Below are positions 39,620 to 52,080 of a stretch of DNA of 64,000 nt, one piece after another (positions within the stretch are counted from its first letter, which is position 1; every line of letters starts with the position of its first letter). The stretch is from Octopus vulgaris (Eukaryota), in assembly GCA_951406725.2 (NCBI GenBank), contig OX597830.1, forward strand, positions 37,014,001 through 37,078,000, given 5' to 3'. The notes below the pieces were generated by a model, which searched no databases, was not told the DNA's origin, and saw only the letters and a program-made list of their open reading frames with translations. The position numbers were made by a program, and so were the translations under genes.

Positions 39620-40330
39620 ATCTACCGCGTAGAAACCTCCTCGATGTTTGATCTGCAAGTGGTGATGGTCGTGTTGATGGTGTATACTTCCAAAGAATTG
39701 TGACGTAAGCTGTTAGTTGGAGGATATGACCTTGTATTGTATTTCTCGGGTAAATCCATTAAATTATTCCAGAGCGGAGAACACTTTTAAAAAAGTGCAG
39801 GAAAAATACCCTATTTAATTTCCTTTCCTCTGAATATCAGAACTTTATATTTTTTAATGAAAAACCTCTTAAGTAACTAATCTGAAACGATTTTCTTTTC
39901 GGTTTGTTTTATTTGAAACGTTGGCAACTTGACCTATTTCTGTGGATTCCAGAACCATTGGAGCGTCGGACATTTCTTTTGCAGAAATTAGCTACGTCCC
40001 TTTTCGTTCTCAATCCAAACTCCGTCACGATTACGATTATTCTTGATCATTCCAATATCTATATATTTAGCAACAGTGTAATATTGCAGAGCGATTGAAT
40101 CGACATTACACTCGTAGCAAAATATTTGTTGGTTGTGTGCCAACAAGATAATTCCTTGTTATTTCATCTGGTTTTAATGGTGAGATAATCCACTTGATAT
40201 AGTATTACCCAATGCCAGTCAATAAGTGTTATAGTCGAAATACTCTGCAGACACTTTTGTACAATAGGACTAATCAACCAGTCGAATGACAATTATTTAG
40301 AGGTTTTACACGCCTTTGCAAATTACTGAA
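39620..40330 (-). pseudogene. probable DIRS-type RT/RNase H fossil
   Basis: Collinear decayed motifs LALGN, KELSCW, YYTVA(K)..IG, DGVWIENEKGRS, EM....MVLES, WI-PR..N; by eye only. Confidence 0.45.
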
Positions 40331-40460
40331 AGGTTTTACACGCTTTTGTCAAATGATGTGAGCTGAAATATTCTCTCAGCAAAAACGTTTAGTATGTTTT
40401 AATAAATATTTCTCTCTCTCTCACCGCACTCTCTCTCTCTTACACACACATACACACACA

Positions 40461-40503
<43 letters not shown>

Positions 40504-40507
40504 CCTT

Positions 40508-40660
40508 AGGTGTGGTAGTGTGGTGTGAAGTTTTCTTCCAAACCACATGGTTCCAGGTTCAGTCCGCGTGTCACCTTGGGCAAGTGTCTTCCACAATAGC
40601 CTGCAGTCAACGAAAGCCTTGTGAGCAGATTTGGTTGATGGAAAGTGAAAGAAGCCCATC

Positions 40661-40662
<2 letters not shown>
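40508..40662 (+). mobile_element. family B SINE 5' part
   Basis: Matches the family B head. Confidence 0.7.
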
Positions 40663-40705
<43 letters not shown>

Positions 40706-43700
40706 CATTGAGAATTTTAGATATTGCTGTGGCAAAATATAGACTGTCCTCTGATGGCTGAGATAGCATGTCTAACAATGATCAACAAGGTAATTAGATG
40801 GTGTGTAAAGACTTCGCTGTTAATAATTGTTAGCCACTATCTGCTGTTGTAAACAATATTGCGGCTCCTGAAATGTTTGTGGTTGTGCAAATTGCTGGCT
40901 GATTTGGTGTATAAGAGAATGGTAAATGAGTGAAGCAGCTAGTTCCATAGAAGTTCAATATTGATTAACAACATTAAGAGGGAAGTTTTCAGAGAGGGAA
41001 TTTCATCTCACCAACAGATTCCGACTTCTGAATGAAGCCAGTTCATGTTAGTAGCACATTTCATATATGTGTAAAAAAAGAATCCAAAAGTCCATGAGCC
41101 AACAAATTCATTTTCGCACCCATTATTTTGTTGTTTCGTGATACACTAAAAGAAAATACATAAAATATAAAATAATCTGTTAATGTTTTTGATAATTTTC
41201 CTTGTCTTACTATTTCGTTGATAAAGAAAGAGAATGTTGTGATTATCATGTTTTGCTAAAAGTATTAGAGAAAAACGAAATGTCGCATTGCTGGCTTCGT
41301 TTCTGTGGCATACTGCATAGATGCTGCTTTTATAAATGAATATTCTTATTTATGAAAATAGATTATATTTCAAAATTAATTCTGCAGGTGTTAAATTTAT
41401 ATATAATTTTGACGAGAGCTGACAAGCTGCCTTAAATTATCAAGATTTTATGGAGTCACATAGTTGCTCTTACGCTAATCATAGGATATATAAAGCACTG
41501 GAGTGAGGTACTAGCATTAATGGCTTTCATACGGCTCTGTAATTTTTGGGATGTTCATCATTTATATTTCTATCATAAGAGAGATATATCGGCAAATCGA
41601 TTCTACTGAAGTGTTAATAAGGTACTAGTGAGCAATTTACCTCCAAGACAAAGTCATCGGCTCGCACAATAAACGTTGAGACACTATTTGTAATGATGTC
41701 ATGTTCATGACCAAAGCGAGCCTCTTGGATGAAAACATTAGCTGTCAACAGAACTTTACATGTCTAAAATACTGTATGATGAACAAAGCAGGAAGTTAAG
41801 AAAGCGAGTACGTCCGAGTTACTGGGTTCGATTCATTCAAATATGCTATTTTTCTCCATATATTGGGTCTAGTACCAATGTAAAATATAGTTTGGCACCG
41901 TTAATATCTCAGATTCTCTAGCTTTCTGCGCTACGTCTGTGTCTGTTAAATGCCTTTACATTAGATTCATTTAACTGTTGTACAAATTGAGAGGGGAAAT
42001 ACGTTTTCATGTTGGAATCAGATGTAAATGATTGGTTAATAAACCACAGAAGAAGAGTAGTTTTCAAGCCGTATATTTCTCTAAACCGACTGCACCACGA
42101 TGGTAGAAAAACAGCTAAGTTGATCGTCTCTCAAAAGTTAGCAAATTCCTTATCACGTACCAGCTAGTTAAATAATTCTGTTTTTATTTCTTCTCTGTGA
42201 CTGCGCACAAGATCTTTCTATTTTGTTTTTCATTTTGAATAGCCTTTGAAATGTATTGGTCTTTGATTGGTGTCAACTTAACAATCGCATTTAAAGCTAT
42301 AAAGAAGAAACCAAGTCTGCATCCGTTACGGCTCCAAAGAGAATCTTAGTTTCGAAAGTTTCCAGAATAAATTAAGCTTCTTGTTGATTATTTTCTATAT
42401 TTTTATTTGTGCATATTTAAACTGCCAAATGCATGCAACGCATATACGAAACGTCTGCATTTGATAAGACGGTTTAAAAAAAAATGTTATTGTTATTATT
42501 TGGTTCCTGATCAGCCTGGTCGTGCAATCCTACCATCAAAAATATACTGACGTATCCAAAGACGTTTAATTTTCAGATAGTATATCCACTACCACATTAT
42601 CCCATATATCCAATTTTATTTTTCACTAAGTCACTATGATATAATTTAAGAGGGATTTGGCTGCTATTTCCACTAGGTCGAAACTCCTTGGTTCATTTCC
42701 TAAAGACTCTATATTTGAGAAAAATATAGAAGTAGGTATTATGTCGTTTATTCCAGTTGCTGGAAGTCCATATAACTTTTGAAGTTATTACAAGAGAAAT
42801 CACTGAAATAAGCGAGTATAGGTAATCGAATCAAATCCATAATTTTACTGGATATATTCTTACTAGTTCTGGATAAAATAAATTTAAAGTCTATCCTCGA
42901 TGAAAATTTGCTGAGAAATTATTAGAATTGACCATAATGAGCTTCGTATTTGTACGTAATGTGGAAGTTGCAGGTGATCAAAGTTCTTCTGGCAGTAAAT
43001 TCTGATGATCAAAGTGCTTTCTGAAAGCATTCCTGTTATTATCAATAATATTAATATGCTAACTTGTTCTTTTTGTAGGTACCTGTGGTGTCTGTCACAC
43101 TTACTTCAAATGAAGAAGTGGGTGGCAAAGCGAGATAGAGGAGGACAGAGAGGAAGTAAAAGAAAGAGAGAGAGAGAGAGAGTGAGAGAGAAAATGAGAG
43201 AGTGAAAGGGAAAGAGAAAGTGAGAAAGAAAAAAGAGAAAGAGAGAAAGTAAAAAAGAGACAGTGAGCGGTGATGATGTTCATTTTGTGTTATAAATGTT
43301 TATCACATCGCAAGAAAAGTAGATACATAGATCGAAATAAAAAATTGATACATAGATACATAGACACATTGTTAAACCAAAGACAAATAAGTACGACAAA
43401 TATTAGATGTCACTTTCACTTTTCATTACCACACACGGATAAAATTAACTCGCAAGAGGTATAGGGGTAGAAAAATCTTTTAGTCGTTAGGGTCACTATG
43501 GGTGTTAATCCGCTCCTAACAGCGGCATTTGTGGGTCTCACAGATCTGGAGGCCAAGTCCCCAGATAAACACCGATGTGTAGGCTGTTGTTATCAAACTT
43601 ATCGTGAGTGGAGGGCGAATACACGACAGAATAGGAATTATTTCGTCTTAGCTTTCACTGCTTATACTAAACACAAGACATTTTTGCCTTATGATATAGA

Positions 43701-44088
43701 ACATTTCCTTTCCCTTCACTCTTGTTTAATAAAAAGGCACTCTGTCGCTTACGACGATGAGGTTCCTGTTTATCTCATCAACGGAACAGTTTTCTCATAA
43801 AATTAACGTGCAAGTGGATGAGTAATCCGCTGACATGCATAAGGTAGTTCCCAGGGTGTTTCAGCCTCACACATGCCCCTTTGAATTACAACTACAACTA
43901 ATTATTTCCAGCTGAGTGGACTGCAGCAAAGTGAAGTTGAATACCATGCTCAAGAACACAGCGCGCCGCCAGAAATCGTACTCATAACTTTACGATCGTG
44001 GGCCGTATACTCCTAGACACTGAGCCATGCACCTTCACTCTCTTAATCAATAGAGAAAAGGGATGAAGCGAAGCGACAGCGTCAGAGA

Positions 44089-45695
44089 AAGCAAAGCATC
44101 AGTCATTTACAATGACAATTAGACTGAAATACGATCGATCTTTTCTAGCTTCTTTACTTGTAACAATGAAGAAGAGGGAAAGGCATTTAGCAATGAATAG
44201 AGGGAAAGTCTTTGATGTGTTTACATTTTTACTCTGGGAGTTCAAGAACGATCGACTTTCCTCCATTCCCGGTACTTATTCGCCTTCTTTCATAGTTCTT
44301 CATGTCTTTTAGTTGGGGGAAAGACCACGTTTTTTTCAGGCACGTTTAACGTTTTCTCTATAAACTGCTAACAAGCACACCTCCCTTCCTTTTCTTTTCA
44401 CACAAATACTAATGCAAATTTCGAACGAGGTGTAGATGTAAAAAGAGCACAGAAAATAGGTAACACCCCCTACAAAATGGGTGGGGAGAAAAGATGCCAA
44501 CAGGTGGCTACACGAAATTCAACTGCGGTGTCTTCTCCTATAACCTCGGGCCGACCAAAGCCTTGTGAGTGAATTTGGTAAGGGAAACTGAAAGAAGCCC
44601 ATCATATATATCTATTACATATGTAGAAAATCAGTGTGTGTTTGTTTGTGGCATTGTTAGCTAACTCTTAAATAGTTTTACTGATTTTGATGAAACTTGA
44701 TACGTGAGTAGTACTCACTCTGGAAAACTCGTGATATACTTAGATTGTCGAAAAAATCGATAATACGGGACCTTTATATCTACCTCATAAAACTAATTTT
44801 TTTAAACACCCAAGGAAAATAACCTATAGCAATGTACAATATTTTTATACACTCAAGGCAAATAACCCATTTCATAATTTATGTTCGATTACTTTGACTA
44901 TTGATTTTTTTGTGTCCTTATCTAATTTTTACAGGAATATAACTTTTATACTTTATTTGACATGTGAGTAGAACTCATGTCTGGAAACCTTGTGACATAC
45001 TTAGATTGTTGAAAAAATTGATAATGAGGTCCTTCCAATGAATCCTTTTATCTACTACATATTACTGATATTTTACTTAAACAACCCAAAGGAAATAACC
45101 CATACGACCTGCAAATTTTAGCAAAGCTATCAATATTTGATTCTCACGATCAACCGACTTAATTCTGCATTTCACTACTCACAGTTTTGAACTGCTAAAT
45201 ATTATAATTGCACTTCCTTAATATGATTCCTAAACCTTTAAAGACTTCATTCATACATTTCTATACATACATACTTTTTGGAATGACCATTACTCCGATA
45301 ATTCTGCACTTTTACAGTTACATTTTTTTTCCATGACAGTAGATAAATTTTTTATTGCACAACGTATTTGTAGTGGCTTCATGCAGGCATAGCATAAATT
45401 CCATCCTCGATTGCCAAATTTCATTTGGCCATCACCCGAGGAAGCAAAGCATCAGTCATTTACAATGACAATTAGACTGAAATACGATCGATCTTTTCTA
45501 GCTTCTTTACTTTTAACAGTGAAGAAGAGGGAAAGGCATTTAGCAATGAATAGAGGGAAAGTCTTTCATGTGTTTACATTTTTATTCTGGGAGTTCAAGA
45601 ACGATCGACAGTTAGTTCTCTCTTCTTTCCTCCACTCCCGGTACTTATTCGCCTTCTTTCATAGTTCTTTATGTCTTTTAGTTGGGGGAAAGACC
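44089..45695 (+). repeat. about 240-bp direct repeat (44089-44326 and 45442-45695)
   Basis: aagcaaagcatcagtcatttacaatgac...ttgggggaaagacc occurs twice; the second copy is 16 bp longer. Confidence 0.92.
44609..45110 (+). mobile_element. possible non-autonomous Helitron-like element with internal tandem duplication
   Basis: Starts a^TCTATTACATAT; tgagtag.actca..ctggaaa...tacttagattgt.gaaaaaat.gataat is repeated at about 44705 and 44966; no clear 3' end. Confidence 0.35.
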
Positions 45696-46690
45696 TCCGT
45701 ATCTTGTTTTCGAAAATCGTCAGTTTTCTCCGGAAAATAACAATGTTTTCCTGTCATTTTCAACCAAGGTGGAGAATAAGGGATCCTTCTTCTGCTGGTG
45801 TGTTCCTTTTTTGTTAAAATCCCTCCTATTTCTAGGGAGAATTTTCAAATTCATTCCATTTTTTATTACACGTGGAAAAATTTAGTATTTTGCTGAATGG
45901 CACCAACAAATAATTTCGAGGGAGTTGATGAGAGAGGGGAGAGATTGAGGAGTGTCTTGCTACAAAAACGAGAGAGGGTGACAGTTCTTCACCTGTTGGC
46001 GTGACAAGCAGGCAAAACAAGATCACCATCCCAGTTACAAACAACAGCAGCTCCGACAGCTCCGTCATCATCACTTCAGCCACTACCAATACGAGCAACA
46101 ACAAGGAAAACAACTCTAGCAGCAACAATAACAAGCAGCAACAGCAGCAGCAACAGAAGCGGCATCGACGACATCAGTAAAGCTTCGACGGGTGAGACAA
46201 ATAAGCAGTACAGCTACGATATAAATTTTTTTCTCTTCTTAGCAAGTATCTTCACTACTTCGTTCAACGATATGAGCATCACAAACGATATCGTCGCTTT
46301 GGCTCCGACTAACACCAACAAAGACAGGTACATCTCCAGCAGCAAAAACGATATAATCAACACCAACAATAACAGTAACAATAAAAACAACTCTTTTGCA
46401 GGAATAACAAAATTGCAGGATCGAATTTCCCAGAAAGGAAAACATGAATATATGGCAATGATGGTCCCCCCACTACTTCTGCTCGTGATCAGAGATGCAT
46501 ATACCGTCAGTCACTAAGGGACATGCTCAACTGGTTACGGTCAAACAAGTGACAAGCAAATCTGTGGTATTGAACAGAATATTTGCTGTAGCCCATCTTT
46601 TATACCAAAACAAAACAACGTACATGATAATACTTCCAATCACTTCAGATCAGAAGCTACGAGAGCCACTGCATGGTACTGCATCAGGGC

Positions 46691-46693
<3 letters not shown>

Positions 46694-46762
<69 letters not shown>

Positions 46763-46780
46763 TATTATTATTATTATTAC

Positions 46781-46817
<37 letters not shown>
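46694..46817. repeat. (TTA)n array, 3' flank of the R4/Dong element
   Basis: Seen directly. Confidence 0.95.
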
Positions 46818-46820
<3 letters not shown>

Positions 46821-48654
46821 TAGTTTTATTTTTATTTTTATAGCGTGCTTTCACTTCACTACCGAGCGCAGCTCTGTGTGCCTTGGGTATGTGCTGTGAT
46901 TTGTTGTGATGCTCTGATGGTTATTGTATGGAAAGTGTTCTGCGTAGGACGTGTGCAGTGCCTAGTAGTGCAATTTTCTGTATGTTATATGTGTTTGTAA
47001 GTCCTGGTGTTTTTGTTATGTATTTGTCTGAATATTTTTTTATCATGCCTAATGCACCTACTATGATAGGAATTGTTTCTGTTTTCAGATTCCACATTCT
47101 AGTTACCTCTATTTCCAGGTCTTTGTATTTTGAGAGTTTCTCCATTTCTTTTAGAGACACGTTGTCATCTGCCGGTACTGATACATCAATTAGAAAGCAT
47201 TTTTTTTCTTCATGCTCTCTGACAACTATATCTGGTCTGTTGGCCTTAATTTCTCTATCTGTGTGTATCGGCATATCCCAGAGTATGGTTGCTTTCTCGT
47301 TTTCTGTGACCTTTTCTGGTGTGTGCCTATACCATCTTTTTTCTGTTGTTATTCCATAATGTTGGCATAGCTTCCAATGTATGTAAGTTCCAACTCTGTC
47401 GTGTCTGTGAATATATTCCTTCTTAGCCAGGACTGGGCAGCTAGAGATAATATGATTTATTGTTTCTTGTCCATCTCCACATATTCTGCAGTTACTTGTA
47501 ATATTTCTTTTCATTACATGTTTTTGGTAATTTCTGGTGGGGAGGCTTTGGTCTTGTGCTGCAATTAAAAATCCCCCTGTTTCTGCTTTGAGTCCTGAGC
47601 TTCTCAACCATTGCTGGGATTTTTCTTTGTCTATTTCTTTTGTGTTTAGTTTAGTCCAGTATTTACCATGAAGGGGCTTTTCTTGCCATCGTTTTATCAT
47701 GGTTCGTTGCTGTTCTATTTTTAGTTTGGATTTCATTTTTTTTATAGCTTTTGTTGTTTCTTCATCTTCTTCTTCTTCTTCTTCTTCATGTTTATTAGGT
47801 GGTATGATTTCTTGTTTGTATTTGTCAGCTTCCTTAAATACTGAGAACAGTTTTTTGTTTTGCTCGTGTTTTGCCGCTATCTGGATCAGTTTTCCTTCCT
47901 TCTGAAGTAGATATTTTTGCAGTCCTATGGTGGTTATTTTATAGTAGTTTTCCATCTGTATAAGGCCTCTACCACCTTCTATACGTTGTATATATAGTCT
48001 TTCTATGTCAGATTTTGGGTGATGCATCCTAGATCCTGTCATTATTTTTCTTGTTTTCCTGTCTATTTTGGTCAGTTCATTTCGTGTCCAGTTAAGGATA
48101 TTGTAGCTGTAACTTATAACTGGGACAGCTAAAGTGTTGATACCTATTATCTTGTTTTTAGCATTGAGCTCTGTTTTTAGTATTGATCTAACTCGTCTAT
48201 AATATTCTTTTATTATTTTCTCTTTCATTTGTGTGTGTTGTGTCTTATCTAGTTCATGGATTCCTAAGTATTTGTAAGTTTGGCTTTGGTCTAATTCTTT
48301 TATTTCATTTGCTTCATCTAGTGTGATGTTGTTACTCTTAACTAGTTTTCCTCTTTTCATGGTTACTTTGGCGCATTTTTCTAAACCAAATTTCATATCT
48401 ATTTCTTTGGTAAATCCATGAACTGTCTTTAATAGTGTTTCCAGCTGTTTGTCATTTGCAGCGTATAGTTTTAGGTCATCCATATATAAAAGGTGGCTGA
48501 GTTTGTTTTCGTCCAGGTGCTTGTTCAGCCTTTGTGATATCACTGCAGTAAATGCCTTGAACATAGTAGGGAGGCAGGTTATTGGTCTGTAGTTTTCTGG
48601 TTTTTCTGTTTCATTTGATTTGGGAATTAAGATGGTTTTCCCTTCGTTAGCCAT
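46818..48654 (-). mobile_element. 5'-truncated R4/Dong-clade non-LTR retrotransposon in (TAA)n
   Basis: ORF plus about 100 nt of 3' UTR ending ...aaaactactg-AATAATAAT; (TAA)n on both sides, the known target of Dong elements. Confidence 0.88.
46921..48654 (-). CDS. partial reverse transcriptase + CCHC zinc knuckle + restriction-like endonuclease (577-aa open frame, internal RT deletion)
   Basis: NYRPITCL, HLLYMDDLKLYA, FGLEKC, YKYLG, GGRGL, AAQDQ, CRICG...HIISSC, RHD, RPDIV, IDVSVP, KLSKY. Confidence 0.85.
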   Translation of the reverse strand: MANEGKTILIPKSNETEKPENYRPITCLPTMFKAFTAVISQRLNKHLDENKLSHLLYMDDLKLYAANDKQLETLLKTVHGFTKEIDMKFGLEKCAKVTMKRGKLVKSNNITLDEANEIKELDQSQTYKYLGIHELDKTQHTQMKEKIIKEYYRRVRSILKTELNAKNKIIGINTLAVPVISYSYNILNWTRNELTKIDRKTRKIMTGSRMHHPKSDIERLYIQRIEGGRGLIQMENYYKITTIGLQKYLLQKEGKLIQIAAKHEQNKKLFSVFKEADKYKQEIIPPNKHEEEEEEEDEETTKAIKKMKSKLKIEQQRTMIKRWQEKPLHGKYWTKLNTKEIDKEKSQQWLRSSGLKAETGGFLIAAQDQSLPTRNYQKHVMKRNITSNCRICGDGQETINHIISSCPVLAKKEYIHRHDRVGTYIHWKLCQHYGITTEKRWYRHTPEKVTENEKATILWDMPIHTDREIKANRPDIVVREHEEKKCFLIDVSVPADDNVSLKEMEKLSKYKDLEIEVTRMWNLKTETIPIIVGALGMIKKYSDKYITKTPGLTNTYNIQKIALLGTAHVLRRTLSIQ

Positions 48655-48683
48655 TATTATTATTATTGTTATTATTATTATTA

Positions 48684-48766
<83 letters not shown>

Positions 48767-48770
48767 TATA

Positions 48771-48801
<31 letters not shown>

Positions 48802-48825
48802 TACTATTATTATTATTATTATTAA

Positions 48826-48877
<52 letters not shown>
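48655..48877. repeat. (TTA)n array, 5' flank of the R4/Dong element
   Basis: Seen directly. Confidence 0.95.
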
Positions 48878-49849
48878 TTATTTTGGCTGCTGTGCTATTA
48901 TTTCTTTCGTTGTTCGTGATAGTATTTTTCAACAAGAGTTTCATTGTATTTGAGTATCACAGCCAGATACGAAGCAAAAACAAAAGTAGGAGAAACAACA
49001 GAGGTACAAATCAATACTTATAAATCAATGTCAGATATATGTGGATACAATCATCCTATCGTAAATTTAAGGCCTCACAAAAATAAATTTAAAAAATCGT
49101 TATAGGACTTTCTTATCGAATTCCAAATGTATCTGCTATGTTACTGCTATTTTTCTTTCTAAATCTTTCTGCGAGCTACTTTTAAATTATCAAAAGAAGT
49201 TGAATAACTTTGAACCTTAACCAGAAAATGTATTCTCCAGTAATCAAACTTTGATATCTGAAAGAAAAGTAATGTTTAGTCAAAAGAATTTTGGAAAGAA
49301 AAAAAAAAACAAGAAAACTGCGTAACAAAATCTACAAATATAATTTTGAAAATAGAATATTACAATACAATAAGAAAAGTGATATATCACTTTGTGCTGT
49401 ATAACCTCTGAGGAATGAAGAAAAATGTAAGAAAATAGAAAGTCTTGAATATAATATTGAGATTATTAATTGATTCTTCAGTCTGAAAAAAATTCTGCTA
49501 TAAACAAGGTCTCCAGGATTTCTTGCTCTAGAAGACACATGATGTGTATGCATGTGTTAAAGTAATGTCAGCACGCACATTTGTATATGTATGTGAATAT
49601 TTACTACCTTCTGAATCGTATTATAATCTACAGAGAAAATCGTTATTCTTTTTCAATTATTTTATTGAGCAAATATATTTGGATACTATCCTATTATAAC
49701 AGAAAGAGGTCTGCCTATCTATTTAGAATTTTTAAATATAAATATGTACGCACATAAACAAGTCTACGCGCACATATCTGTCTATCTAACGGGTGCACGA
49801 GGTCTTTCAGGTCATAGGTTACGTAATGAAACGATTCTAATGTAGCAAA

Positions 49850-50800
49850 AACTAAATGTACAATCTTGTGCACATGCTCTCGACAAGCTTTTTTTTAATA
49901 TGATTCGCTTCAATGCCCGACCGGAAACGGTCCTTATTAATTCCGGATATCATGTGGACAGTGGTGATTACGTTCAGGGGAGCCATAATATTTCGTAGTT
50001 GTAGATTACTCTCCTTTCATCTCGCTCCAAACGCCTATGAGAGTTAAACCAGGCGAGTTTGGAGGCCATAGATTTGCTGTTACATGATTGCAAAGAGTGT
50101 TTGAGATCAAGTGCTGGGCTACGTTGACTTTCTGAGAAGGAGCTGAATTTTGTTGAAACACGTAGAACCTTTAGTTAAATACTTCATCCAATCAAAATTT
50201 AACAACTGCTTCCACTACCACAACATATCAAGCAGCATTAATTCTAAGAATCTCTGGAAACATTTGACCTGGCATGACATTACCATCGTTACTCACCACC
50301 ACTAAAATAATCACAATTGCTAGAAACTTAGTATGCATCATTCTAGAGATCTGCATACACCCATCTGCCATTTCTCTTATTAGACGTTTGGTCTTGGTCG
50401 AAGTTTTTCGCATCAGAGACATGTTTGTGAAAAAGTTTTAACCTTGTAAAGTAACCAGTTGATACGGTTCAAATGGTTTTAGTGTTTCTTTGCAGACATG
50501 ACTTGGTCTCACCTCAGAACACACGTCTTATATCGAATGACCTAATGTACTACAGTCCTGATAGCCAACTCCTACAGATGAGGTTCTTTGGTAATGACTC
50601 TCCATTGATTTGAGGGTATCACCATCGATAATATTTTGAGCATTTTGGATTCATTGGAAGTGTCTTTATAGTGATCGAACATTTTGTATGTTTTCTTTCC
50701 TTTGATATTGTTGAAACATTTCCAACTGTGACTTCCAGTTCCATCTGGACTTTTCATACAAAAGATCTTGCAACGTTTAGAAAGTTAGCAATTTCTAGAA
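49850..50800 (-). pseudogene. Tc1/mariner-superfamily (maT/DD37D-like) transposase remnant
   Basis: TKFLAIVIILVVVSNDGNVMP...LRINA and LWPPNSP motifs. Confidence 0.65.
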
Positions 50801-51029
50801 CGTTGTGTTCCGCATATAGTAGAAACTTGGCCAAGGTGCCACGCAATGGGACTGAACCCGGAACCATGTGGTGTGGAAGCAAACTTCTTACCTGACAATC
50901 ACTCCTGCGCCTCTTGAAGCAGTATGATTGAAAAAATTTGGAGTCAACAAGTAAGAGTACGATTGGCTTTTTTTTCAATCACTACAACTGTTTCTACGCA
51001 ACATGGCTCTTAACAGAATATACCATAGC

Positions 51030-51072
<43 letters not shown>

Positions 51073-51417
51073 TTACACACTCAAGCGCGCGCACACACAT
51101 ACAAACACACAGCCAAACACATATTATACATGACAGATTCTGTGTGTGTGTGTGTGTGTGTGTATATGTATGTGTGTGTGTGTGTGTGTGAAAGAGAGAG
51201 AGAGTGAGAGAGAGAGAAAGAATTTTAGATTTTCAAGTCATATTGTAGTTCTTTACCACTACTCCAGCGTTCCAATAATGTCCAATAAGTCATCTTTCCT
51301 ATATAAATATCAGAAACATATATTATTATCACCGGTTCAACAAGCTCTAATGCGTAATTTAGAGTCACAGTCAAAAACAAAATTTATAATGCATTTATAT
51401 ACAGGTGTATAGCTATC

Positions 51418-51778
51418 TATCGACCTTACACTCTTTACACGTTTCAAGTTATTTTTGGTTTATCTTCAGCAATCACACTGGTATTACCAGAATATTAGAC
51501 AATATTTATAGTATCACACTGTAATATTGCATCTGATGTGATATTTCGATCACACCACCAAAAGTAGTTTTTCAATAGTTGATACTATCTAACAGTAGCA
51601 ACAAAGTGAGAGAACTGTTTCTGTCGATTTTCCAGTTAGATTTCTTGTAAGTGGCTTTATTTTTGTTTTTTAATGATTTGCTTTATGTAAATATACTGCA
51701 ATATATAGATAATGTCTTGCCAACTCTGAAGATGAGTTAAAAAGAACTTGAAACACTTATGCAAGTCTACGGTCGATA
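51418..51778. repeat. diverged inverted repeat of two hammerhead-like motifs
   Basis: Minus 51418-51472: ttgCTGAAGA...aacttGAAACGTGTA...ggtcgata; plus 51718-51778: CTGAAGA tgagtt-aaaaag-aactt GAAAC...ggtcgata. Confidence 0.55.
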
Positions 51779-51781
51779 TTA

Positions 51782-51825
<44 letters not shown>

Positions 51826-52042
51826 TATATATATAGATAGATATATAGTTATGTTATGTTCTGTTACGAACGTAGTAGAGTACAATGTAAATCTCGTCCA
51901 CCTTCAGATTTCACCCTGTGGTATATAGTAGTAGTATTATATGTACTTCCAGATTTGCATTTGGGTTTCTGCAGTGTATGAATAGATAATTGAATAAGTT
52001 GGAGTCAGCAAGAAGGAGTACGGTTGGACATTTATTTGCAAT

Positions 52043-52080
52043 CACTACAATTGTTTTTACGCAACGTAGTTCTCCAGGCT
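52043..52080 (-). ncRNA. degenerate hammerhead motif; sister copy at 50980-51015
   Basis: CTGGAGA ac-tacg-ttg-cgta AAAAC AATT GTA gtg followed by AATAAA; the sister copy keeps GAAACAGTTGTA. Confidence 0.5.
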
